From: Clostridium sp. | Lineage (GTDB): Bacteria > Bacillota > Clostridia > Clostridiales > Clostridiaceae | Assembly (NCBI GenBank): GCA_017435645.1 | Contig: JAFSER010000006.1 | Location: forward strand, 19,679-83,678 | Direction of reading: 5' to 3' | Length of the DNA stretch: 64,000 nucleotides | Shown: positions 56,801-64,000 of the stretch, one piece after another | How positions within the stretch are numbered: position 1 is the first letter of the stretch | How the letters are laid out: each line of letters starts with the position of its first letter | Translations under genes and position numbers: made by a program | Notes under the pieces: model-generated | Databases searched by the model: none | Told to the model about the DNA's origin: nothing | What the model saw: the letters and a program-made list of their open reading frames with translations, nothing else

Positions 56801-59483
56801 TTTTCTTATAATAAAATGAATATGTATTTTTAACTGATAACTCTACTTTCTCAGCCGTCTTCCATTGTAATAAATTCTTTTTAGATATAGTCATTCTGTA
56901 TATTGTTCTTATTATTGCATCTAACATTAAATATGCTTGATATGGAATAAAACTAATAATAAGTACTATCTGCCTTAAATTCTTAAAGCTACCCATAAGC
57001 TTTCTTTTAGGCGTAACTACAAAATCTGTTACAGTAAAAACTAATGGTATTATTATAGCTAAAAATAATAATATGGCTACTTGTATTGCTCCTTTTAAAA
57101 ATATTAAACTAGCTAGTAAGCCTAATAATAAGCTCGGAGCTAGTAAGCTTCTTCTTAAATTATCAAATACCTTCCACTTTGATATTAAAGATATATTATT
57201 TGAAAATAGAAAATTTGAGATTTGCCAATCTCCTCTTACCCATCTATGCAATCTTAAAGCACTTGATATATAACTTGAAGGATATCCATCTACTACCTCA
57301 ATATCAGTTACTAAAGCACATCTTGTAAGTTCTCCTTCTATTAAATCATGAGATAATATCCTATTTTCTTTTATCTTATCTTTTAATATATTATAAAAGG
57401 TATTAATTTCTATTATTCCCTTACCTGTAAATATTCCTTGATTAAATAAATCTTGATATGTATCTGAAGCTGCCACAGAATAAGCATCTACCCCTGCATC
57501 TCCTGCAAATATTCTTGAAAAATATGTTTTGTATTTATCATCTAAGTTAACACTTACCTTTGGCTGCATTATACTATAGCCTCTTACTACCTTACCTTCT
57601 TTAATATATGGCCTATTTAAAATATGGCTCATAGCTGAAATTAACCTTGAAGCACTTCCTACAGGTAAAAAGGTATCACTATCTAAGGTAATTATATATT
57701 TTGCATCTTTTAAGTCATTAATATCGCTACTTATTACGTTATAACTAGTATTTTTATCTCCTTTAAGTAGCGCTATAAATTCCATAAGCTTTCCTCTTTT
57801 TCTTTCATAGCCCATATAAATTCCTTCTGAATTATTCAATAGTCTTTTTCTATTTAAAAAGAAAAATTGGTTATTCTCTTTGGAATATTTATTATTTAAG
57901 TTATCTATTAATTTCTTACCTTCTATGTTAATTAGTTCATCTTTATCTTCTATTTCATATTTACTATCTGGTAAATCTGCAAGTAATGCAAAATAAATAT
58001 TTTTATCTCTATTTCCTAAATAATAAACTTCTATTTTTTTAATTAAAGCTTGTAAATCTTTAACATTACCTATTATTGATGGTATAACTACTATTGTCTT
58101 ATCTTCTTTAGGTATTCCATTAGTATAATCCATTTTAGGTATAAAACTAACCTTTGTGACCTTTGCAATAAACCAGTTGTATAAAGCTATAACTATTTCA
58201 CTTGATGGTACAAGCATTAAAACAAAAGCTAGAATATATTGGTGTATACTAAATTGTAATGGTAAAAATGTAGTTAATAATAAAGTTATTAAATCTACTG
58301 CAATCGTTCCAAAAATAATCGATAAAACGTATTTACCTTCTGATGTTTTTTTATAAATATTATCTTTTATATTAATTCTTTGTAATAACTCTTTTACACC
58401 ATCATCAACTATATAATATCCAATATGTTTTTTGTATTCTTCTTTGCTCTCCATATTAATACAACTTAAAAGCAATGCATTTTTAACTATTGTTATCTCA
58501 TCAACCTTAGTTTTTCTAGATAGCTCTTCTATACTGTGTCTATAATAATCCTTAGTTTCAAAATCCATTTTACTATAAATTCCTGTTTGATCCTTCATCA
58601 ACAACTCTTCTGATTTTGAAGTCTCATTAAAAAACTTTTTCCAATTTATAGAATCCATTATTCTTAGTGAATTTATATTTGAAGCTATGGATGTAGCTAT
58701 TCCCCCTTCTTTAATATGCTCTTTAATTATTTCCTTTTCAAAGCTACTATTTTCCTCACCTTTTAATCTATCTAACGCAAATTTATATATTCTATCATCT
58801 TCAATAGAATTATCCCTTAAAATTGAAAATAGTTTATCTATAAACTCTGGTGAAAATAATCCATCATGCAATATTTTAGAATCACCCATATAATTATTCT
58901 TTATAATATTTTCTTTGTTTAATTCTCTTTTAATAGGATATTTTTCTTCTAATTTCTTTAATAATGCCTCAATATTATTTTTTTCATAGTTATCTATAAT
59001 TAAATTAGCTAATTTCTCTGCTCCTAAACGTTGCTTTTGTAATATCACCATATCATTTATTATTAATGCTAAATTAATTATCAAAGCTATTCTTAGCATT
59101 AATGGAAATGCCCATAACTCTCCAATATTATAATCTTCTTTCTGTGATTTAATAAATCTTATACATTCTTCTAAAGTTACTAAATTATTATTTATTTCAA
59201 TATAATTCTTTGCTAAAGCATAAATTCTTGGATAACTAAAATTTTCAACAGATATATTGGGTAAATTTTCAAAATAATCATATGGTAAGTTATGCTTTAT
59301 AGTTTTATATTCTTTTTCTATTAAATAAATATTATCTAAAACCCACTCAGCAGAAGGTATTACGTCTTCTCCCTGCTTAACTAATTTATTTAAATATTTA
59401 TGATTATGAAGAATCCCTTTAAAGGCATTATTTAATTCTAAAAGTACAGTTTTTCTACTATTTTTTAATGCTTCATCTTTCAC
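50880..59483 (-). CDS. Cyclic beta-1,2-glucan synthase-like multidomain protein (Cgs/NdvB/ChvB: GT84, cyclising GH189-type domain, GH94 phosphorylase)
   Basis: Motifs EWVLDN, GELWAFPLMLR, GYERKRGKL, ITLDSDT, LSHDLIEG, RLHRWVRGDWQ, RTSPTNIG, STVDSGNL, YDLLASEAR, SWSGTMFEYFMP, WGISESAY, FYQSGGAYGFRDQLQD, GSGDWNDGM, RENGGQYTHAA, WSWYTG. GTG start after GAAGGGAG. Confidence 0.93.
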   Translation of the reverse strand: MKDEALKNSRKTVLLELNNAFKGILHNHKYLNKLVKQGEDVIPSAEWVLDNIYLIEKEYKTIKHNLPYDYFENLPNISVENFSYPRIYALAKNYIEINNNLVTLEECIRFIKSQKEDYNIGELWAFPLMLRIALIINLALIINDMVILQKQRLGAEKLANLIIDNYEKNNIEALLKKLEEKYPIKRELNKENIIKNNYMGDSKILHDGLFSPEFIDKLFSILRDNSIEDDRIYKFALDRLKGEENSSFEKEIIKEHIKEGGIATSIASNINSLRIMDSINWKKFFNETSKSEELLMKDQTGIYSKMDFETKDYYRHSIEELSRKTKVDEITIVKNALLLSCINMESKEEYKKHIGYYIVDDGVKELLQRINIKDNIYKKTSEGKYVLSIIFGTIAVDLITLLLTTFLPLQFSIHQYILAFVLMLVPSSEIVIALYNWFIAKVTKVSFIPKMDYTNGIPKEDKTIVVIPSIIGNVKDLQALIKKIEVYYLGNRDKNIYFALLADLPDSKYEIEDKDELINIEGKKLIDNLNNKYSKENNQFFFLNRKRLLNNSEGIYMGYERKRGKLMEFIALLKGDKNTSYNVISSDINDLKDAKYIITLDSDTFLPVGSASRLISAMSHILNRPYIKEGKVVRGYSIMQPKVSVNLDDKYKTYFSRIFAGDAGVDAYSVAASDTYQDLFNQGIFTGKGIIEINTFYNILKDKIKENRILSHDLIEGELTRCALVTDIEVVDGYPSSYISSALRLHRWVRGDWQISNFLFSNNISLISKWKVFDNLRRSLLAPSLLLGLLASLIFLKGAIQVAILLFLAIIIPLVFTVTDFVVTPKRKLMGSFKNLRQIVLIISFIPYQAYLMLDAIIRTIYRMTISKKNLLQWKTAEKVELSVKNTYSFYYKKMWISIAMALLIVLLSFYNSFEIIITMIPIALLWALAPFIACKISQEEIIIKDRLDLEDEEFLREVSRRIWAYYQDFVNEENNYLAPDNYQEKPFKGVAHRTSPTNIGMGLISNIVAYDLGYLSVGEAIYRIELILDGMRGLEKYRGHYLNWYDTKTKEALWPRYVSTVDSGNLLGYLWIVKEEILNFRNMPIIREKEILSLNDTYKLIKKDDKEEFNNDIPDDVDLKDYKDILSYELNKVKNKLESDDSKEKKEFYWFNKLEKQLEEKIDFYDFIFDEIEGSLDHEFKINKAPSLVEIINKLEDIKISSSDILKSKIEKKLKKLRDFDERLLSLVSEIKSIMDDMKFDFLYSKDRGLFSIGFNIEEKSLGNSYYDLLASEARIASLLAIARGEVPKEHWYNLSRNMSKPFGCKTLVSWSGTMFEYFMPFQIIKSFDNTIWSLTYSSVLKGQIIYGEKNEVPWGISESAYYMFDVNQNYQYKAFGVPGIGLKRGLENQVVVSPYSSIMTLPIDSKKSIQNLRKLYDLKAYGRYGFIESIDYTENKDNPKEVRCYMVHHLGMSMLALDNILNNNILKERFHNIPEIKAVEILLKERVPENIVFDREVDVSKVNKIIEREDFIPRIIRGNKLKNPEVLLLSNGSYSTMISDSGSGYSKKNDMTVYRWKGDSTSDSSGVFFYIKNLNSNDYWSATYEPCKEDNGDSITEFTLDKATFQREYGNINSKYEVMISSEDNVEFRKITLKNNAEKKRTIEVTSYFEVTLQSFEGDAVHPSFSNLFISTEFNEEYKALIGNRRPRAEGAVTHYIFHTLISNKDLEGELTYETSRLNFIGRNRNLKSPEVMDNDTPLKNTVGTVLDPIMSLRGTVTLNPGEEGTFYYVTGVGESKEEILDLISKYKEISAIEKSLDSYNYANSLELKHIGIRSAQANIYQSLASYLLYLHSGRKNREKYIKDISLNQENLWAYGISGDLPIILLVISDEDDINLLRQTINMHYYYRSKGIKTDLVIYNEEEISYEEPLQKNIISTINNSLEREYINKSGGIFIHNKATMGEDTRDFLIGIAKIYISSKDGNLAKQLTEAVEYDYEKFKSSEEIAPINRIKVNITEGDYIKNNSSKSMSTEEFIKAQLEKEEYNIKDFREVKIENDNKKYKDKKIDLTDLDMDINEDLINYNYYYEDTRDLEFFNGYGGFDKRDNSYVITLKDYENTPAPWINVISNKDFGFHISEVGSTYTWCGNSRENKITPWSNDWVTDPTGEALYIRDNDTGAYFTITPMPIRDSGEYIIKHSFGYSTFKHTAYNIQGEMQIFTPQNEKLKICKVKLKNLSDNNKNISIFYYAQLVLGVYSYSSAKYISTNIKDNYIYGVNPYSKYFGKLKAYLSIAGEDNQYFTGDRKSFIGIGEDLEHPKALRYKKLNNRYGSIYDPCLASQLDIYLESNKEKEIVIIFGEEEDIALIEEKINKYKSIQNVNKALEEVKEYWNKFLGSIQVKTPDKSMDYLLNGWLMYQTLSCRYLSRTAFYQSGGAYGFRDQLQDSMSIGILNPSITREQILRSASRQYLEGDVQHWWHPVINSGIRTRFSDDLLWMPYVTIEYIKSTGDYSILDEEAPYLEDEPLKNGEDERYTIVNSSSKSGSIYEHCLKAIDKGLKFGIHNIPLMGSGDWNDGMSTVGNKGQGESIWLGWFLYKILDGFEEICSYKNDIKKEQEYSGFKEFIKENLEKEAWDGGWYRRAYFDDGKPLGSRENDECKIDSLAQSWSIISKAGKEERTIEAMKAVDKYLVDRNNGLIKLLSPPFDKSSLEPGYIKGYVAGVRENGGQYTHAAVWVILALTKLGLGTKAWKYYNMINPINHSNTELEARRYKVEPYVMAADVYIKEPHGGRGGWSWYTGASGWMYKVGLQDILGLKTIEGKGYLIEPCIPDNWNEYEIKIKNELEDYNIKIRRKKNNEERGIYINEKRINNRVIPKNKGKLEIIVTI

Positions 59484-59599
59484 AAGTAGTTCTCCCTTCT
59501 TCCAAATCTTTTCATTAGATACACTTATTATTTACAAAAGATATTAATATTAATCATATAAAATTTAACGTTTTAAAGTGTAAATATTATAAATATTTA

Positions 59600-59628
59600 T
59601 TGACAAAATAACTACATTGCATTACATT
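59600..59628 (+). promoter_or_regulatory. Putative sigmaA promoter of the padR operon
   Basis: TTGACA (59600-59605), 17 bp spacer, TACATT (59623-59628). Confidence 0.55.
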
Positions 59629-59637
59629 ATAGTTATA

Positions 59638-59656
59638 TACTTTGCATTGCAAAGTA
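59638..59656. promoter_or_regulatory. Perfect palindrome, likely PadR autoregulatory operator
   Basis: TACTTTGCA-T-TGCAAAGTA between the promoter and the SD. A degenerate copy (14/19 matches) at 59613-59631 overlaps the -10 element. Confidence 0.7.
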
Positions 59657-59672
59657 GTATTGGAGGTAAATT

Positions 59673-60008
59673 ATGATATCATCACAAATGTTAAAAGGAA
59701 CACTAGAAGGCTGTATCTTAAGCATAATAGACAAAAAAGAAACCTATGGTTATGAAATATCACAAAAACTTACTGAGTATGGCTTTGGCAAAATTGCAGA
59801 AGGAACTATTTACCCCTTGCTTTTGAGGCTTGAAAAGAATGGACTTATTTCAGCTACCTATAGACAATCGGATCAAGGACCAAAACGAAAATATTATAGT
59901 TTAACACAAGATGGTAAAAATGAGTATTTAAAATTTATAGAAAGCTATACAGAGCTTACTACTGCTGTAAATACACTGTTAGCAGATAATAAAGGGGAGA
60001 ATTTATAA
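59673..60008 (+). CDS. PadR family transcriptional regulator
   Basis: Motifs QMLKGTLEGCIL, YGYEI, EGTIYPLLLRLEK.GLI, GPKRKYYSLT..G. Confidence 0.95.
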   Translation: MISSQMLKGTLEGCILSIIDKKETYGYEISQKLTEYGFGKIAEGTIYPLLLRLEKNGLISATYRQSDQGPKRKYYSLTQDGKNEYLKFIESYTELTTAVNTLLADNKGENL

Positions 60009-60673
60009 TGAATAATAAAACCAAAAAACTACTAAAAGAAAATAATAAATTTGAAAAAAATCTAAGTAAGGAAAGTAATAAAATTCTTACTGATATAGTT
60101 GTTTATTTAAGAGGATCAACTATTTCTGAATATCATCAAGAAGAAGTAAGACGTGATATCTCACAAATGATTTTTGATGGTGAAAAACGTAATGAAAGTG
60201 TATATGATATTATTGGAGAAGATTATAAAAGCTTCTGTGATGAAATAGTAAAATCATTTCCCCCTAGAAGTAAAAAAGAAAAAATTTTAGAATTGTTCAG
60301 TACTATTTTACTAGGTTGTAGTATATTATCGCTTATATGGCTTTTTTCATCAACGTTCACATCTATTATAGGTATAAATTCTACAATTTCTATATATAAA
60401 CTTCCAGTAACCTTAGGACAAATCATTAGTGGTACTTTTATAATTTTTTGCTCTATTTCTATTTTTAAATATATATGTAATACAACTTTTAATGAATCTA
60501 GTAATATAAAAAGTTTCTTTATAGCTTGCTTAATATCCACTCTAATTACAGGTATTTCAGTATTAATAATTTACTTCTTAAAAACTATATTATTTTATAT
60601 TCCATATTATATTGGATTAATTTTAATAATCATATTTTTTATACTTTCAAAAATACTTGAAAACCTAGAATAA
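60008..60673 (+). CDS. DUF1129/DUF1048-like membrane protein (PadR partner)
   Basis: Translationally coupled to padR (TAATG). Soluble N-terminus (IVVYLR...IIGEDYKSFCDEI) followed by four TM helices. Confidence 0.75.
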   Translation: MNNKTKKLLKENNKFEKNLSKESNKILTDIVVYLRGSTISEYHQEEVRRDISQMIFDGEKRNESVYDIIGEDYKSFCDEIVKSFPPRSKKEKILELFSTILLGCSILSLIWLFSSTFTSIIGINSTISIYKLPVTLGQIISGTFIIFCSISIFKYICNTTFNESSNIKSFFIACLISTLITGISVLIIYFLKTILFYIPYYIGLILIIIFFILSKILENLE

Positions 60674-60763
60674 ATCAATTTATAACTTTTAATGCTCAAA
60701 CTATATATACTTTTAAATAATTTAAAATAAAGTTATGCTGTTTTTAATATCTAAATAAAAAAA

Positions 60764-60805
60764 TACCTATAAACTCATCACTTTAAAGTGTTTAGTTTAT
60801 AGGTA
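60764..60805. terminator. Hairpin between the convergent padR operon and sialidase gene
   Basis: TACCTATAAACT...AGTTTATAGGTA. Confidence 0.6.
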
Positions 60806-60868
60806 ACTATATTTTTATATTATTTTTTATGCTCTAAAGGAATTTAATGGCTTTAAGGTACAGTAAAA

Positions 60869-60890
60869 AGGAGCTGTAACCACAGCCCCT
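60869..60890 (-). terminator. Terminator after the sialidase gene
   Basis: AGGAGCTGT...ACAGCCCCT followed by a T-run on the minus strand. Confidence 0.65.
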
Positions 60891-60899
60891 ATTTCTTTA

Positions 60900-63104
60900 T
60901 TATTTTATACTATAACGGAATTCAACGTCTTCTTTGCTATATATACTTGTAACAGCATCAAATTGTTCTTGAGTTTCTATTAGATATGGACTTTCTTTTG
61001 ATCCTATTCCTTTAAATGCCATTTCATATTTTCCACCTGTAATTGTTTCTAAGTCTAAGCTAAGGAATTGAGCATCATATCCTCCTATATTTCTATCTTC
61101 ATAGAAGAAGGCAATTTTACCATCCTTTTGAACACTCATTGTAGAATAGGCACTAGTTAAAGGTTGTACCATATAGAAATTATTTTGATCCCATCCCTTT
61201 ACATAATCATCAGCTGTAGTTTCGTTAACACCAACTTCTTTAAAGAATATACCAACTCCATTTCTTGAGCTATTTAATGTTGGAACTGATTGTAATGCTA
61301 AATAAGTGTACTTATTAGTTTCTTTATTTTTTGCATATACAATATATGTTTCACCATTAGTTGCTGAACCTTTTCCAAGTACTAATGATTTTTGTTTTTC
61401 TTCCCAACTACCATTTTCATATTTCCCATCATTTTCATAACTGAATACATTTATAAATCTTCCTGAACCTGTTCTACTTGCAATAACAACATCTCCATTT
61501 GGTAATTCTTCAACTTTAGCTTCATCTCCATTTGGTACTGGTGAAGTAGTTCCACCAAGAACCTTCCATGTATCACCAAAGTCATCTGAGTAAATTACAA
61601 AATTACCTCTGTTTGCTGTATCATCACCAACTAAAAGTGCTGCATATATTCTATAATAGTCTCCAACTTTAACATATCTTGATTGCATTATTCTTCCAGA
61701 GGTTGTGAAAAGTCTTGTCCACGTTGGATTTAATTCATAAATTTGTTTAGTTAAATCAGTTGGTCCAGAGAAGTTTTCTCCTCCATCATTTGAAACAAAA
61801 CTTGAAACTTTAATAGGATTTTCTCTTGTAGATATATATTCTTTATTACCATGCCAATAACCTTTATTTCCTGTAGCTGCTAATATTAAAACTTTATCTG
61901 ATTCACGATCTGCAACTATAGCAGCATCACCAAATCCATAACCTGTATAACTATGTTCTTTTGTTATATTTTTTTCTTCTGACCAAGTTTTTCCATTATC
62001 TTTTGAAGTTTTTACTAGAAGGTCTATTCTATGATTTCCTAAATCTCCAGAATGATCATATCTTAAATCATTAACTGCTACTAATGTTCCATCATTAGTT
62101 GTTGCTATAGCAGGAATTCTATAATAATTTTTTCCTATAGGATTTTTCCATAATTCAATACTTCCTTCTGGCTTTGGATACTCAATTTCATATCCTATTG
62201 ACCAAACAGTTGCTAAAGAAGCATTATCAGTAAATGTTATATAATTTCCATTTTCTCCATATGTTAAATATTGATTATTAGCAGTAGATTTAATTTTATA
62301 TCCATGTAAAACTTTTTCAAGTGAATATGAACCCTTTTCACTGCCACCATTTTTATCTGATACAACATATGAAAGCTTATTATAATCGTGAGCATTACCT
62401 TTAACATACCAAGTTGTTCCTACATTTTTTAGGTAAACATTTTCACCATTCTCTTCAATATTCCATGAGAATTTAGTATTATAGTCATAAGTGCCTTTTT
62501 GTAACCAGCCTACTTTATCTCCACCACTGTCATATAGTGAATTGTTAGTATCTTTACTATAAATAACATAATTATCTACATTATCTTCTCCAGCTTCTTC
62601 TATACTCCAAATACTAGCTTTGTCAGAATCTACTGTAAATGTTACGTAGTTTTTATCCTCTCCATAAGTTAAGTATTTATTATTAACTGTAGATTTTAAT
62701 TTATATCCACCATCAACTTCTTCAAAGGAATAAAGACCTTTTTCATCTTCGCCATTTTTATCAGAAACAGTATATAATTTTTCATTTAATTCTTTACCAT
62801 TTCCCTTAACATATAAGTCTGTTCCTTCATTCTTTAGGTAAAAACCATTTTCACCTTCTTCAATTTTCCAGCTAAAACTCTCCTCAAAATCCAAATAATT
62901 ACCTTGTCTCAGCCATCCTTCGTTAACTCCATTGTCATCATATAGTGCATTTTTTGTACTGCCACTATAAATAATGTAACTTTCAGATGAATTAAATTCT
63001 GCAGTATCTTCTATAGGTGCAGCTTGTACACTAGAGAAACTTACTGCCATAGTCGCCATTGCACACAATGCCGATACTATTTTGCTAAAACTTTTTTTCT
63101 TCAT
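60900..63104 (-). CDS. Secreted exo-alpha-sialidase (GH33) with two tandem N-terminal beta-rich modules of about 130 aa
   Basis: Signal peptide; YRIP motif; Asp-boxes SKDNGKTWS, SNDGGENFS, SDDFGDTW; GDEA..EL..G; AYS near the C-terminus. Confidence 0.9.
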   Translation of the reverse strand: MKKKSFSKIVSALCAMATMAVSFSSVQAAPIEDTAEFNSSESYIIYSGSTKNALYDDNGVNEGWLRQGNYLDFEESFSWKIEEGENGFYLKNEGTDLYVKGNGKELNEKLYTVSDKNGEDEKGLYSFEEVDGGYKLKSTVNNKYLTYGEDKNYVTFTVDSDKASIWSIEEAGEDNVDNYVIYSKDTNNSLYDSGGDKVGWLQKGTYDYNTKFSWNIEENGENVYLKNVGTTWYVKGNAHDYNKLSYVVSDKNGGSEKGSYSLEKVLHGYKIKSTANNQYLTYGENGNYITFTDNASLATVWSIGYEIEYPKPEGSIELWKNPIGKNYYRIPAIATTNDGTLVAVNDLRYDHSGDLGNHRIDLLVKTSKDNGKTWSEEKNITKEHSYTGYGFGDAAIVADRESDKVLILAATGNKGYWHGNKEYISTRENPIKVSSFVSNDGGENFSGPTDLTKQIYELNPTWTRLFTTSGRIMQSRYVKVGDYYRIYAALLVGDDTANRGNFVIYSDDFGDTWKVLGGTTSPVPNGDEAKVEELPNGDVVIASRTGSGRFINVFSYENDGKYENGSWEEKQKSLVLGKGSATNGETYIVYAKNKETNKYTYLALQSVPTLNSSRNGVGIFFKEVGVNETTADDYVKGWDQNNFYMVQPLTSAYSTMSVQKDGKIAFFYEDRNIGGYDAQFLSLDLETITGGKYEMAFKGIGSKESPYLIETQEQFDAVTSIYSKEDVEFRYSIK

Positions 63105-63234
63105 AAAAATACCCTCCTTATAATTAATAATGTAAATCTAGGCTTTTAATCCTGTTGTAAATATGCTATTTATCATATAATTCTTTACATTAATTTCTTT
63201 TACACTTATAAATTATATAAAATACACTTTTATT

Positions 63235-63248
63235 TGTAAACGTTTTTA
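63235..63248. promoter_or_regulatory. Putative cre site upstream of the sialidase gene
   Basis: TGTAAACGTTTTTA resembles TGWAANCGNTNWCA and lies about 130 nt upstream of the start codon. Confidence 0.45.
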
Positions 63249-63510
63249 TTTAATTTTATTGTTTTTTTACATAGATTTATTTATAATTTACCTTGAATAA
63301 AAAACAGCTATAAAAATAGATCAAAATTATTTTGTTTTTTATTATAATAGACTTATATATAATTAAATTTTTTCTATTTCTATATGAGATGAATTATCAA
63401 AATAACTATATTATAAGTCGTAATACCTTACAGTTTTCAATTCTTTTACATTAAATAAATTTTACCTATCTTGTTTATAAAAATTCTTCCCATTTATAAA
63501 TTTACATATA

Positions 63511-63551
63511 AATAAAGGTTGGATTACTTTTAATGATATCCAACCTTTATT
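63511..63551 (-). terminator. Terminator after the partial upstream gene
   Basis: AATAAAGGTTGGAT...ATCCAACCTTTATT. Confidence 0.75.
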
Positions 63552-63599
63552 ATAAAATTAAATTTTCTAAAGTTTATATATTAATATTTTCAAACTTTA

Positions 63600-64000
63600 C
63601 TAATTACGTAGTTCTTCAATTTGCCAAACAGTTGCTTCTTCTGAATTATTTGTAAAAGTTACATATCTTCTATCTTCCCCATAGCTCATATATTTATTTG
63701 TCTCTACAGATTTTAATATATATCCACCTTCAACCTTTTCAAATACATAACTTCCTTTTTCATCTCCATCACTTTTATCAGAAACAACATATTCTCTATT
63801 ATATAAATCTCTTACATTTGCCTTAACATACCAAGATGTCCCGCTATTCTTTAAATAATATCCTGTATCAGTTTTTTCAATATCCCATAAATATTTACTT
63901 TCATCTTCTACATATACACCTTGTTGTAGCCATCCTTCATATCTTCCACTGCTATCATATAATGTATTATCTTTATTATCACTATAAATAATATATTTAG
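63600..64000 (-). CDS. 3' end of a gene whose C-terminal domain is homologous to the sialidase N-terminal modules (partial)
   Basis: Not in the ORF track. Translation: KYIIYSDNKDNTLYDSSGRYEGWLQQGVY...WDIEKTDTGYYLKNSGTSWYVKAN...VVSDKSDGDEKGSYVFEKVEGGYILKSVETNKYMSYGEDRRYVTFTNNSEEATVWQIEELRN*. Confidence 0.85.
   Translation of the reverse strand, partial: KYIIYSDNKDNTLYDSSGRYEGWLQQGVYVEDESKYLWDIEKTDTGYYLKNSGTSWYVKANVRDLYNREYVVSDKSDGDEKGSYVFEKVEGGYILKSVETNKYMSYGEDRRYVTFTNNSEEATVWQIEELRN

Noticed and set aside
48079-59483. NPP and MFS as cyclic-glucan decoration and export partners of cgs
   Set aside because: Convergent and separated by a terminator, and neither resembles NdvA or OpgB/CgmB; adjacency alone is insufficient.
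54977-60540. Short ORFs at 54977, 57073, 58156, 58687 and 60223
   Set aside because: Antisense shadows of cgs and the DUF1129-like gene.

Overview
Very AT-rich chromosomal window whose gene content points to a Clostridium-type anaerobic Firmicute (inference). From left to right it holds: a partial PTS IIC gene with a divergent ROK repressor; a sortase-type M60 mucin peptidase and a paralogue lacking the catalytic domain; a roughly 16 kb minus-strand cell-wall glycopolymer locus (mnaA, DUF6270-like, two TagF-like polymerases, wecC, tagH, tagG, two GT4); an unannotated relic of an IS3 element joined to an RHS-core fragment; nucleotide-sugar genes; a GH73/CWB2 autolysin; prfC; a GH101 O-glycanase; HAD, NlpC/P60 and manA genes; two tiny ORFs; an NPP-MFS pair; a 2867-aa cyclic beta-1,2-glucan synthase-like gene; a PadR operon; a GH33 sialidase; and a partial gene sharing the sialidase's repeated beta-rich module. 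The best candidate for an undescribed system is the glycopolymer locus. Its TagH ATPase is fused to a membrane module, a degenerate LCP-like domain and an acidic repeat stalk, and two adjacent enzymes carry C-terminal MORN/YwqK-like repeat arrays. No rRNA, tRNA or CRISPR array was seen. All domain calls come from motif recognition by eye, not from database searches.
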